Shown one piece after another: positions 51,215 through 64,000 of a stretch of 64,000 nucleotides of DNA. The position numbers and the translations under genes are program-made. The stretch is from assembly GCA_951406725.2 (NCBI GenBank), contig OX597822.1, positions 58,466,001 to 58,530,000 on the forward strand. Direction: 5' to 3'. The stretch's first letter is position 1. Every line of letters begins with the position of its first letter. This DNA comes from Octopus vulgaris. Lineage: Eukaryota. The notes under the pieces are model-generated. The model did no database searches, was not told the DNA's origin, and saw only the letters and a program-made list of their open reading frames with translations.

Positions 51215-51358
51215 GATAGATAGACAGAAAGATAGGCAGATAGATAGATAGATGAAGCTCCAGCGCAGATTCTTTGAAACACGTACGTCACTTCAATCTA
51301 GCAAAAGTGCACGTAACAGAAAATTTATTGAAAAGAGACACTGAAACCACTGCATCTG

Positions 51359-51445
<87 letters not shown>

Positions 51446-51842
51446 GTCTCTGTTTGCCTCTCTCACTGTCTGTCTGACTATCTCTTTCTCTCTCTCTCTA
51501 CCTCTATTATTTGTTTTCAAATTCTTATTGGGGGTGGAGTCGCTGCTTTCCTCAGCTAATTTTCCATTCATCCCAATTTTCTTTCACAACAAACAGACAA
51601 GTGTGGAGAATAGATGTGGGCGGGTGGCGAGTGGCACTATGGTCGGGAAGATTTTGTATTCAGAACTGGTAAACATTGATTTAACGAAAGTACTCGAATT
51701 TGGCAGCTTGCACTTTCGAGGTTTGCCATACTCCTAGCATTGAACAACAACAACAAACAACAACACTAATTCACATACAGCTGTGCAAAATGCCACCGCT
51801 TTAAAAACACTTTCATGTATATATGTATGTATGTGTGTGCGC

Positions 51843-51902
<60 letters not shown>

Positions 51903-51908
<6 letters not shown>

Positions 51909-52220
51909 TAAGAAGCTTGCTTCCCAACCACATGGTTCCGGGTTCACTTCCACTGCATAGCTTCTTGGGCAAGTAACGTTTACTATATAACCACGGGCCA
52001 ATCAAAGTCTTGTAAGTGGATTTCGTAGATGGAAACTAAAAGAAGCCCGTCGTATATATAAATATGTGTGTGTGTGTATGTGAGTGTGTGTGTGTGTGTG
52101 TGTTTATGTACCAGGTTTTAAAAAAAGTACTGTGATCGATTCCTTCGACTAAAAATTCTGCAAGGCGTTGCTCCAACATGACCGCACTCTAATGACCGAA
52201 ACAAGCAAGAGATAAAAGAT
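51903..52220 (+). mobile_element. SINE family A
   Basis: Family A motifs; internal deletion. Confidence 0.8.
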
Positions 52221-52254
52221 ATGTATGTATTCTTGTATTATTTTATTAGATTAT

Positions 52255-52482
52255 TTGTTTCAGTCATTAGACTGCGGCCATGCTGGGGCACCGCCTTGAC
52301 GATTTTTAATCGAATATATTGACCCCAGTACTTATTTAAAAAAAAACAAAAAAAAACTGGTGCTTATTCTATCGGTAACTTTTGCCGAACCGCTAAGTTA
52401 CGAGGACGTAAACACACAAGCATCGGTTGTCAAGCGATGGACAGGGGACAAACACAAATTTATACACACACATACGCGCGCG

Positions 52483-52573
<91 letters not shown>

Positions 52574-52735
52574 GACAGGTTTCTTTCAGTTTCCGTCTAA
52601 CAAATCCACTCACAAGGCTTTGGTCGGCCCGAAACTATAGTAGAAGACATTTGCCCAAGGGACCACTCAGTGGAACTGAACCCAGAACCATGTGGTTAGG
52701 AAGGAAGCTTCTTACCACACAGCCACTCATATGCG
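52255..52735 (-). mobile_element. SINE family A, near full length (another partial copy at 52790-53015)
   Basis: Family A motifs in reverse. Confidence 0.88.
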
Positions 52736-53106
52736 ATAGGCATCTGCCCAGTTTCTCTTCATCAAATTCAGTCACAAATCATGTGACAGCTCGGACGCAA
52801 ACACACCAACACCGGTTCTGAAGTATTGGTGGAGACATACACACACACACACGACGGACTTCTTTCATTTTCCGTCTACCAAATCCAATCATAAGGCTTT
52901 GGTCGGCCCGAGAAGATTCTTGTCCAAGGTACCACGCAGTGGGACTGAACCGGGAACCATGAGGTTGAGAAGAAAGCTTACTACAAAGCAATGTATAAAG
53001 CCATGCCTGCGCCTATATACATACATACGTGCGCGCGCGCACACACACACAAACATTCAATTACGAATTAAAAAGGAACGCTAGTGTTGTGAACTTCGAT
53101 CGCATA

Positions 53107-53612
53107 TCTATATATATAAAACTCTAGTTGTGTGAGTGTCTGTCCCCTTCGATTTAGATTCCTAACTCCTCCCACATTTTGCGGTGCAGTTTAACCAAAT
53201 TCGGGTATCTTATAGTCGTGATTCATATCGAGCCCGTCTGACTATTAGCGCGCGTCAACGATGAGTCTACGATTTTAAAAATAATTTAACATAATTTTTT
53301 ATTCCATTTTAATGCATAAAATGCATCGTATGTCGATGGCGGTGGAGTTGGCGTCCACGCTCACAGCTGCACCTGTTTGCTTCTCCCGCTTCCCTCCCTC
53401 GTGAAGCTGTGGGGAAGGGAGTGTAAAGAAATCAACGTCGTAATGCGTTGTGAAGGAAACCAGCGTTCTTTTAGAACAACGACTTCATGGCTTGAAGACA
53501 CCAAAACAAAAATGGCTAAGAAAGCCCGAATTTATAAGGGAAGTAACTCTCTAAAAATGCTTATATAGTTATTTCCCTTACAAATCCGAGCAACGCCGGG
53601 CGATACTGCTAG
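53107..53612 (+). mobile_element. Non-autonomous Helitron, unit 1 of tandem pair
   Basis: A|TC start; ccgagcaacgccgggcgatactgCTAG end. Confidence 0.9.
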
Positions 53613-54006
53613 TCTTTATATATAAAAGTGAAGTTGTGTGTCTGTCTCCTACAAATTAGATTCCTATCTACTCCCACATTTTGCGGTGCAGTGTAACCAA
53701 AAGCGGGTATCTTATAGTCGTGATTCATATCGAGCCCTTCTGGGTATTAGCGCGCGTCTACGATGAGTCTACGGTTAAAAAAAAAAATTTACTATCATTT
53801 TTTCCCATTTTTAATGCATTTTTTTGCTATTATATAAGGGAAGTAACTCTAAAAATGTATTATTAAATCTCAAAACGTAAAAAGCTACAGTAACCCCCCC
53901 CTTCGTGGTTAGCCATATTGAGATGGCTATTATACTTTACATCTCTAAAAATGCTTATATAGTTATTTCCCTTACAAATCCGAGCAACGCCGGGCGATAC
54001 TGCTAG
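53613..54006 (+). mobile_element. Non-autonomous Helitron, unit 2 of tandem pair
   Basis: TC directly after the previous CTAG; same hairpin and CTAG|T end. Confidence 0.9.
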
Positions 54007-54742
54007 TACTCTATATATGTGTTTTGCTTGTTTACCTCTTCACTACCAAGTAACGCTTTGAGGACGACTCCCTCGTAGCTATGGGTGTCTACACATGAAA
54101 GTCATGAACAGGCAAGACAACTCCCTCATCCCACCCGGGCCCATTCAGGAGTAATTTAAAAACAAAACGGAATTAAAAAGCATTGTTCAACGTGGCGTTC
54201 ACTTTTTAAAGCTGGTAATGTTTTGTGATTTGGAGGAGATTTAGTTACGAACGACTTCAAAAAATGTCCATTGTTTAGGGTTCCGGACAGTGGGATTGGG
54301 TGAGTGAAGCGAGTGAGAAGATACAGGTTTTAAAAAGTTCGATCAGAAAGGAAAGCTAATTGTGAATGAATACGCTTTGCATTTAATTTAATTCATATCT
54401 TGCTTATCTGTGAGTGAATGAAAGAAAGATTGAAGTTGAAGGGAATTGAAAAAAAAAATGCTGATACATTGAGAGACGGTCTGTCAGATAGACAGACAGA
54501 CAGAGAGATAGACAAACACGCAACAAGACAGGCAGAGAGAGGGGAGAGATGGGAGAGAGAAAGAGTGAGGTAAAGAGAGAGAGAGATTGGAAAGAAAGAG
54601 GTTAAGAGAAACAGCTGATTCTAAAAGTGGAATGCATCGATTCACAAAGATACACTCTTTGTCGTCGTCGTCGCCATTCAGCAAGACAGTGTATCATTGA
54701 GTATATACGTACGTCTATCTCTGTCACGAGACGTCTGTGTGT

Positions 54743-54843
<101 letters not shown>

Positions 54844-55050
54844 TTGAAGCTTGCCTCAGAACGCGTCACTTTTTAACGGAACTTTTTTTATTTTACGTCA
54901 AGAAAATTTGGCGGGCAGTGAATGTCGTCTGTTAAAACAATGTGTAAAATGTAACGCCATCAAGGTATTAGTAGTAAAATAATATTAATGCTTTCATTAT
55001 CGGATATACATTACTTTCATTATTTTGAAAATAAAAAATATATATATATA

Positions 55051-55213
55051 GGCGTAGGAGTGGCTATGTGGTAAGTAGCTTGCTTACAAATCACATAGTT
55101 CTGGGTTCAGTCCCACTGCGTGGCACATTGGGCAAGTGTCTTCTACTATAGCCTTGGGCCGACCAAAGCCTTGTGAGTGGATTTGGTAGACGGAAACTGA
55201 AAGAAGCCCGTCG

Positions 55214-55244
<31 letters not shown>

Positions 55245-55483
55245 GTATATGTATGTTTGTCTATATGTTTGTGTCTGTGTTTGTCCCCCCAATATCGCTT
55301 GACAACTGATGCTGGTGTGTTTACGTTCCCGTAACTTAGCGGTTCGGCTAAAGAGACAGATAGAATAAGTACTAGGCTTCCAAAGAATAAGTCCTGATGT
55401 CGATTTGCTCGACTGAAGGCGGTGCTCCAGCATGGCCGCAGTCAAATGCCTGGAACAAGTAAAAGAATAAAAGAGTAAAAGAG
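55051..55483 (+). mobile_element. SINE family A, full length
   Basis: ggcgtaggagtggc head to gtaaaaga tail. Confidence 0.92.
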
Positions 55484-55609
55484 TATGCACTTCATCCATG
55501 TAATTCATATATAAAAAAGATTTTTAAAGGAATAGGCATCCCTATACAAGTATGCCTTCTCCCGAGTTTGTTTCCTCATAACTTTCAGAAAAATACTTTT
55601 ACTCTTTCT

Positions 55610-55858
55610 TACTCGGTTGTCAAGCGATGTTGGGGTGGGGGGACAAACACAGATACACAAGCATATACACAGACATACATATGCATATATACACATATAT
55701 ACGACGGGCTTCTTTCAATTTCAGTCTACCAAATCCACTCACAAGGCTTTGGTCGACCCGCGGCTATAGTAGAAGACACTTGGCCAAGGTGCCATGCAGA
55801 AGGAATGAACCCGGAACCATGTGATTGGTAAGCAAGCTACTTACCACTCCTATGCCTA
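55610..55858 (-). mobile_element. SINE family A, 5' two-thirds
   Basis: Family A motifs in reverse. Confidence 0.85.
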
Positions 55859-56400
55859 TATGTATATAATATATGCTATAATGAAACACGCGCATGCGTA
55901 CATTTATATTAACCTTTTTGAAAAGGCTTAATTAATGCTAGTGTTGAGAGCGGAGTTTAAACAAATAAAATCAACGCTTAAATGAATAATTGTCAAGTTC
56001 AAGTCTTGTAACTGGGCGAAATGGGAGAACATGGCGACAGAGCGTCTAAGGTGAAGAAGATTAGTTCACCAGGAAGTCGAACACTTTGAGAAAGGAAGCA
56101 CTGAAAATCTTTGTAGGCGGCGAATTAGCAGAAGTGTTAGAACATCGGATAAAATATCTTGCAGTTTGTATTCTAGTTCTTTCTGTTTTGAGTGAAGATC
56201 TTACCGAGGACAATTTTACGAATTATCATTTTAGGGGTCGTTAAAATAAAGAGTTAGCCTGCAGTTTACAGTCGTAAAAAAGTGAAAGTAAATTGTAAAA
56301 TATATATATATATATAATAATAATAAATATTAGGGAATGAATCCAAAATTACAGGGAAAAATCAGATTTAGGGTTAAATCCAATTTTATAGTAAAATATT

Positions 56401-56580
56401 ATATAATATAATTCGAGACAAAACCACTATTTTAAAACCAAACAAGGAAAGACTTAATCAATACATAAAATTTTAATATAAATTAAATAAACCGCCACTA
56501 CAAATGTTTCATAATTAAAATTTTATGTATTGATTAAGTCTTTCCTTGTTTGGTTTTAAAATAGTGGTTTTGTCTCGAAT

Positions 56581-56590
<10 letters not shown>
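56401..56590. repeat. Perfect 77-bp inverted repeat in (TA)n (Penelope-like inverted end)
   Basis: Arms 56401-56477 and 56514-56590. Confidence 0.9.
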
Positions 56591-56664
<74 letters not shown>

Positions 56665-56704
56665 GCGATAGAAAGCGGAAGTACGTCAGTGACATCCCAT
56701 AATT

Positions 56705-56800
56705 CGACCTCCGCGGAATTTGAACTCAGAACGTAGCGGCAGACGAAATACTGCTAAGCATTTCGCCCGGCGTGCTAACGTTTCTGCCAGCTTGCCGCCT
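56705..56800 (-). mobile_element. SINE family B head
   Basis: Reverse of aaggcggcaagctggcagaaacgttagc. Confidence 0.85.
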
Positions 56801-57429
56801 TGGGTTTCCGACATGGATCTTGGTAACTTCTGTATCCTGTAAGTTGTCAACCATTCACTCAGTTTTGTTGATCCAAACGATAACAACATCAATGGATACA
56901 TTATAGAAGGAAGAAACTTAGGCATCAATGCGGGACTAGTGATTTGCTTACATCATATCTACATGAGCATATGTGGCAAAACAGTTTTAAACATGGTGAA
57001 AAACTATTCTGGAATCTCCTTGCATAAAACAACGACTGTTGTTTTCCTGTAACTGTATTGGTTTCATCATATATAACCAGGTTCTGATCCATCGAGGCCC
57101 TAAGCATTTTAAAGATTTTGGTGCCCCCATAAAAGATTATGTAATTCAAAATACAAACAATAACAAACCATAAAATAAATTTTGATTTTTCAAAATGAAA
57201 CAAAACAGTAAAAGAGGGAAAATAATGTTTATTTTTGTCTACTTCCACTTTATTTATATTTGAAAAGTTTCCTCCTACTTTTTTGAATTGCAAAGTCTTT
57301 GATCGGATCCTCAAAATTAATCTTAGGTAACACACCTGCATCTATACTTAGTAGAGATAAAGGCATCCTGAATATTATTTTAGCAAGTTTAAAGTGATTT
57401 AATGTTGTCTCAGTTTTAGACGCAGCAAA

Positions 57430-57630
57430 TGATTTTAGCTCAATAGAGGCAATTGACTGGTTAAAATTCGAAAAATTAAACTACGCTAAACTTACAAATT
57501 ACAATTTTCTCAAGAAAGCCAAGAGAAAAAAATGTTTTATTTTGTCACATTCTACCCGTATACGAAGTTTAAAAGTGTTTAAGTTAACTAGAAATTGTGT
57601 TGAAAACTGCCGTTCAAAAGGAAAAGATCC
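57430..57630. mobile_element. GGATC-family MITE end
   Basis: Ends ctgccgttcaaaaggaaaaGATCC. Confidence 0.8.
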
Positions 57631-58253
57631 AAAAATCGTGTTCCTATATCAAAAAAATAAATGTTGATGGGCACCAGATTTTTTGTTTTTAAAAATTTGA
57701 GCACCAAAAAATTTGTTCTTAAAAAGTAGAGCAAAGAAAAATTTTATTAAAAAGTGGGGCACCAGAAAAAAAGGTTGGGAAACACTGGTACGGAGGCTCC
57801 ACCGTTAGCTCGAAACGCTGAATTTTGAAATAGGATGAATGTAAAAGTGGAAATGGTTGTGGTAGCGATAGAAGTGATGGTAGTTTATGGTAGCAGTATC
57901 AGTAGTGACGGCTACCGTAGCGGTAGTAGTTGTGGTACAAGTGGCATTATGTGTATATCTACGTGTGTGTATGTGTGTGTGTGTGTGCGTGTGCACCACT
58001 TTCTGTAGCTAAAGAGCTGTTTACATTACGATCCTTGTATCAATGAAAATATGAAAGTACAAGGCTTTAACGAGTCCTTTTACGAACTGGGTATATATAC
58101 AATATGTATACAACAGTGTGTGTGTATGTGTATCGATATTTTTAAGAATAAGAAAACTGGAGTAAAGTTGGGTTGAAGCTTTAGAGCTTCCTTTGTTGAT
58201 GTTTCTAGGAGAAATTAGTATCCATATGTTTAAATTACGTGACTCTTCCTGTT

Positions 58254-58289
<36 letters not shown>

Positions 58290-58570
58290 ATTTATCTGTC
58301 TGTCTGTATGTATGTATGTATAAAGTTTAGCCGTCACTCGCAAGCGAGTATGACCCACTCACTTGTAACACGCATTTGCTAATTGTTTTGTGTCTTTATC
58401 AGTGCTTCTCAACTATTTTTTGCCTATGTACCGTAGTTGAGAATCACTGGTATGCATAGTCGCTAGCAGATATAGGCACCTTCTTGACTCTCTCTACCTT
58501 TGACTCGAAACAACGTGGATATGATAGCTGGCCGAAGCGAGGGCTGCAACAAGCACTAGATTGGTACCTG

Positions 58571-58801
58571 GGATCTTTTCGGTTTGAACGGCAGTTTTTT
58601 CTAGCGGTGTCATATGAAATTGTCAGCCATAATTATGACCCCAGTATCGATCTATTGCATTTCAATCTGTTTTAGGGTTAGGGTTATAGTTAGGGTTAGA
58701 GTTAGAGTTAGGGTTAGGGTTAGGGGTGGGGGAAGGGTATCTTTTTTCTTCAGAAATGTAAATAAACCCAATCTGTTTCTTAAACGAGGGACATATTCAT
58801 A
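58571..58801. mobile_element. GGATC-family MITE, partial, with TTAGGG array
   Basis: GGATCTTTTCGGTTTGAACGGC start; about 8 TTAGGG-like units at 58672-58724. Confidence 0.85.
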
Positions 58802-58805
58802 CTAT

Positions 58806-58893
58806 AACAAACTATAAACAACAGAAAAGTACACTATATCATCATCATCATCATCATATATATAGTGTACTTTTCTGTTGTTTATAGTTTGTT
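58806..58893. repeat. 34-bp perfect hairpin with (CAT)n loop
   Basis: Arms 58806-58839 and 58860-58893. Confidence 0.9.
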
Positions 58894-59457
58894 TTTATGG
58901 AAACTTACATGAAAGAAACAATACATTTAACTGAAGATCGCTGTAGAGTCCATATTAGAAAAATTAATTTCTACAAAGATTGGTGATAACGTTTAGTAAG
59001 TCGAAAGTTCAAGGTCACTGGAAACTTTATAAATCCATACTCGCACTCACATGCGTACATGTCTCTAATTTTTTAAACGTTTACCTTTTACTTCAGTCAT
59101 TAGACTGCAGCCATACTGGAACACCGCCTTGAAGGATTTTTAATCGAATGAGTCGTCCCCAGTACTTATTATTTTAAAAAACCTGGTACTTATTCTATCG
59201 GTCTCTTTCGCTGAACTGCTAAGTTACGGAGGGCGTAAATACACAAACGACAGATGTCAAGCGGTTGTGGGGTCAAACTCAGACACAAGAGAGACTGATA
59301 GAATAAGTACTAGGCTTACAAAGAATAAGTCCTGGGGTCGATTTGCGCGACTAAAGGCGGTGCTCCAACATGGCCGCAGTCAAATGACTGAAAGGAATAA
59401 AAGAATATATATATATATAGAGAGAGAAATGGTTAGCTAGATAATGTATATTATATA

Positions 59458-59868
59458 GGCGTAGGAGTGGCTGTGTGGTAAGTAGCTTGTTTACCAACAA
59501 CATGGTTCCGGGTTCAGTCCCACTGCGTGGCACCTTGGGCAAGTGTTTTCTACTATAGCCTCAGGTCGACCAATGCCTTGTGAGTTGATTTGGTAGACGG
59601 AAACTGAAAGAAGCCCATCGTATATATGTATATGTATATATATGTGTGTGTTTGTGTGTCTGTGTTTGTCCCCCCAACACCACTTGACAACCGATGCTGG
59701 TGTGTTTACGTCCCTGTAACTTAGCGGTTCGACAAAAGAGTCCGATAGAATAAGTACTGGGCTTACAAAAGAATAAGTCCCGGGGTCGAGTTGCTCGATT
59801 AAAGGCGGTGCTCCAGCATGGCCGCAGTCAAATGACTGAAACAAGTAAGAGAGTAAAAGAGTAAAGAG
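59458..59868 (+). mobile_element. SINE family A, full length (partial copies at 59085-59400)
   Basis: Head to tail match. Confidence 0.92.
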
Positions 59869-60333
59869 TATATACACTTATACATAGTGATGGTCACTTT
59901 TTTTTACAACGAAGGCCATCTCGATTTTGTAAAGAGTGTCCATGGGTCAGCATGTAGCTCTTCTGGCTAGTTTCACTTTTGCAAGTTTTGTTGCGAATAT
60001 GACAAACAAAACAGTTGTCTTTACTGTTGACATTAACATGGTCTCTGTGCGTCCTCTTATGACTTTGCATACCCGACTGCAAACGTACATACTTTGTCAT
60101 AAAATTGACATGAAACCCCTGTAGGTTACTAAGGAAGTACCTGTGCATGATCGGCTGGTAATTGTTCGTTATATACACACACGCATACACACGTGCATGT
60201 GTATGTGTGTGTGTTAGGTGCTTCATTTAGTGAGAAGACTGTTGGGGTCACGATCATAACGTCACGGGTTCGATTTGAGGACCGGGTGGCGCGTTGACTT
60301 TGGCTTTTGTCCACTCAGCTGAAAATAGGTACC

Positions 60334-60707
60334 GGATCTTTTCGGTTTGAACGGCAGTTTTTAACATAATTTCCACGTAACTAAAAAATGTTAAACTTCG
60401 TATACTGGTAGAATGTATTTATAAAACATCTTTTTCTCTTGGCTTTATTGAGAAAATTCTATAGTTTGTAAGATATTTGTTGTTGTTTTTTCTTCAATTT
60501 CTGCAATTTCAACCGATCAATGACATCTATTGAGGTGAAAACATTCTGTGCCGTATGAATATGTCCCTCGTTTAAGAAACAGATTGGGTTTATTTACATT
60601 TCTGAAGAAAAAAGATACTCTTCCCCCACCCCTAACCCTAACCCTAAAACAGATTGAAATGCAATAGATCGATACTAGGGTCATAATTATGGGTGACAAT
60701 TTCATAC
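60334..60707. mobile_element. GGATC-family MITE monomer lacking right TIR
   Basis: Near-identical to 23509-23890. Confidence 0.88.
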
Positions 60708-60829
60708 ACAATTTCATACACAAGAGCATATATGCATAGAGAGTGAATAAGGGGAGAGAGAGGGGGAAAAATGAATAACGGACGTTTACACACAGATATG
60801 ATTAACCTATAACTGACACACGCAGATAC

Positions 60830-61228
<399 letters not shown>

Positions 61229-62476
61229 ATATATATTTAACTTGACATGTATACGTTCGATACACACACATATATATATACTCACACCAATATAAATACG
61301 TCCACCCACACACATACGATAGCTACTGACCAATGAAAACCTTCCGGTGTTTCCGTTATTTATATTTTCTGTTAACAATGAATAAAATGTAGATAAATAG
61401 TAAAGAAAGAAAAAAGAAACATCTTCACATTCAAATGCAATCAGAATATTAAATTGAACAAACAATTTGAATTTCTTTCATGAAACGCACCTCTAACTGC
61501 TCGTCGTTTGCAGGATTCGAAAGACGAAATATTGTGTGACATCTGAAATGAACACTAATACCAATGGCAATTCATATTTTATCCTTCCGGAGCCGATAAA
61601 TTTATAACTATCAGTTAAGTCCTGGAACCGATAAAGGATACTTTTCCTCCTAGCAGCAGGCTTTATGAGATAAGATATATTGCTCATATCAAATTAATGC
61701 CGCACGACTAAATGAATACCGTATTTGCTGGAGTATACGCTTTTTTTAAAAAGCTTTAAATATATCAAAAACTTATCCTACGTCTAATGCAGCCATTTCT
61801 AACTTGAAAAGGAAAGTGAGAGTAGAAGAGGCAAGTTTTGTCTAGCGAATGTTTCAAAAAAAGATGGGTGAATGTAGCAAGGATGGCACGTATGAATGAC
61901 GAAGCCACCTTGAGCATAATCTTATGAACTCGGAAAAATTTAAAATAGAGAGTTACTTACTTGCAAATAAATGTGTTAACATGTTACATTATTGACTGAG
62001 GTTACCGTGGTCTTTTCCGTAGGCTTTTCTTTCCACGGATAAACCTTATCTGTTCCCCCTTTACACTTTACATTTAACATTCGTGATGCACGATCCCTAT
62101 TGATCGCTTTTTTTTTTACGATCCCTTTTAATCGAAAACCTATCCCCCCCTTTTCTCCCCCAAAAGAAAAGCTCTACTTTGTAATTTGTCCCCTCTGTGT
62201 TCAGCCCTGTGTGGCTAATAAAGAAACATTTTGAAGGGAAACCGAGCGCTGTAGACTAAGGAGCTGGACGTGTATAATTATTACCGTACTCTTTGAGTAT
62301 ACGCAAGATAAATTTGTGGAGGCCCAGTGGTTAGGGCAGCGGACTCGCGGTCGGAGGATCGCGGTTTCGATTCTCAGACCGGACGTTGTTTGTGTTTATT
62401 GGGCTAAACACAGAGGGGACAAGCAAGGACAGACAAACGGATTAAGTCGATTATATCGGCCCCAGTGCGTAACTGG

Positions 62477-62690
62477 GGATCTTTTCTAAAAGAAGGCCAG
62501 ATTTTTCTAGTTAACTAAATAATTTGAAACTTCGTATACTGGTAGAATGTGTCAAAAGAAAACATTAATTTCAATTAGTTTTTTGGAGAAAAATGTATTT
62601 TCTAACTTTTACGTAGTTTAATTCTTCGAATTTTAACCAATCGTATTCTCTATTTTGACCTCAATTCATTTACTGCCGTGTTATTCATCC
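62477..62690. mobile_element. Diverged GGATC-family MITE left end
   Basis: GGATCTTTTC start and shared aaacttcgtatactggtagaatgtgtc motif. Confidence 0.6.
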
Positions 62691-62789
62691 TTATCAGTCT
62701 TCTGTTATCTGTCTTCAAAGGCTTGTTTATTTCAATGTCATCCCTGACTTACGGACCGATTACCTGTGTGTGTGTGTTTTTGTTGTGTA

Positions 62790-62820
<31 letters not shown>

Positions 62821-63493
62821 GTGTTTGTTGTGTATGTGTGTGCGTGTGTGTGTTTGTTGTGTGTGTGTGTTATTGTTGTGTATGCGTGTGTGTGTTTTTT
62901 TGTTGTGTATGTGTGCGTGTGTGTGTGTGTCTTTACAAGACACGCACACATACACAACAAGCACACACACATACACAACAATAACACACATGCATACACA
63001 TATACGAAGGCTTCTACACGTTTCCCTCCCTCCATTAATTTCACTCATAAGGTACTAGTCACCCCGGAGCTATCGTAGAAGAAATCCTACCCCAAATGCG
63101 GCGTATTTATGAGCAAAGCGAACGTCTTAACTGCACAGCCTCCCCTGCTGCCTATGACATCTTTTGCAAAAAGAGGGCAGTAGATAGAGCGCCGAATGAA
63201 ATGTCTTGTGGAGTTTGTTCCGGCTCTTAATGCAGTGAGTTTAAACCGTACCTAAGTCAACGATGCCCCCTTCATCCTCCACTGGGGTCGACAAAATGAA
63301 GTAGCAATCAATCAAGTACTGTAATCAATAAAATCGACTAATCCCATTACCCCACAAATCTTCTTGCTTTGTGTTGAGGTAAGATATCACTAATATCCGA
63401 AGATCTTCACCAACTTTATAGGATTCTACTGTTTCACATTGTCCTGCAAGGCACACCTACAGTGTGTATAAAATTTACAATTAAATATACAAC

Positions 63494-63671
63494 AGTTAAT
63501 ACACTACAGCCTCACCAGTCAACAAACTACACTCACATAAGTCAACAAACTTTAGTCAACACATTACAATCACACCAGTGAATACACTACAGTTACAACT
63601 GCCAATACATTTTTGTCAACATGCTACAGTCGCACCAGTCAACAAACTTTAGTCACACTAGTCACTACAGT
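63494..63671. repeat. Degenerate ~23-bp minisatellite (cagtcaacaaactacagtcacac)
   Basis: About 7 imperfect units with 14-bp sub-repeats. Confidence 0.75.
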
Positions 63672-63922
63672 ACGAAATCACTACAGCAGTGGTTTTCAAC
63701 CATGTTTTTACCTTTGGATCTCTTTGATTTTCGTCCATAGCCATACGATGTATATAAAAAATAATCCTACTGTTTTATTTTATTAAATATTATTAGGAAT
63801 TCTTTTATTCTTCTATTCTTTTACTCGTTTCAGTCATTTGACTGCGGCTATGCTGGAGCACTGCCTTAAAAGGTTTTAATCGAAGAAACCGACACCAGGA
63901 CATATTCTTTGTAAAACTAGTA

Positions 63923-64000
63923 CAGTGGTTCCCAACCTTTTCCCTACCAAGGCCCCCTTTTATTTAAATGAGTTTTCTCACTGACCCCTTTTAATTAGCT
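63923..64000. mobile_element. hAT MITE left end inserted in a family A SINE (63815-63922)
   Basis: CAGTGGTTCCCAACCTTTT start; runs off the window. Confidence 0.7.

Noticed and set aside
58672-58724. Telomere or chromosome-fusion scar
   Set aside because: Short arrays always at the same position within a MITE
63494-63671. CRISPR-like array
   Set aside because: No unique spacers, degenerate tandem units, eukaryotic context, no cas genes

Overview
AT-rich, microsatellite-saturated animal genomic DNA, intergenic or intronic. The SINE families and repeat landscape look like an octopus/coleoid cephalopod; this is inferred from sequence style, not a database match. No host protein-coding gene can be supported, and nearly all ORFs in the track are translated microsatellites. 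The real coding remnants are retrotransposon pieces: an R4/Dong-type restriction-like endonuclease C-terminus (45343-46119, -), an RTE C-terminus with three C2H2 fingers (16530-17045, +), and degraded R4, Tx1/L1, CR1 and RTE fragments. The rest is two abundant tRNA-derived SINE families, Helitrons (including a perfect CTAG|TC head-to-tail junction), hAT and Tc1/mariner MITEs, and a GGATC-ended fold-back MITE family with 8-bp TSDs that carries TTAGGG repeats. The most interesting signal is a set of minimal type-I hammerhead ribozyme folds in Penelope-like 3' ends. They sit in (TA)n tracts and are often duplicated as palindromes. They include a canonical core (29176-29220), a compensatory G3-C8 core on both strands (17795-17917), a U4C core split by an assembly gap (37385-37555), and a hammerhead inside a tRNA-headed SINE-like element (46198-46543). 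A weaker signal is a candidate promoter plus non-coding exons at about 40.1-44.8 kb. Element boundaries were read by eye and are approximate unless TIRs or TSDs are quoted.
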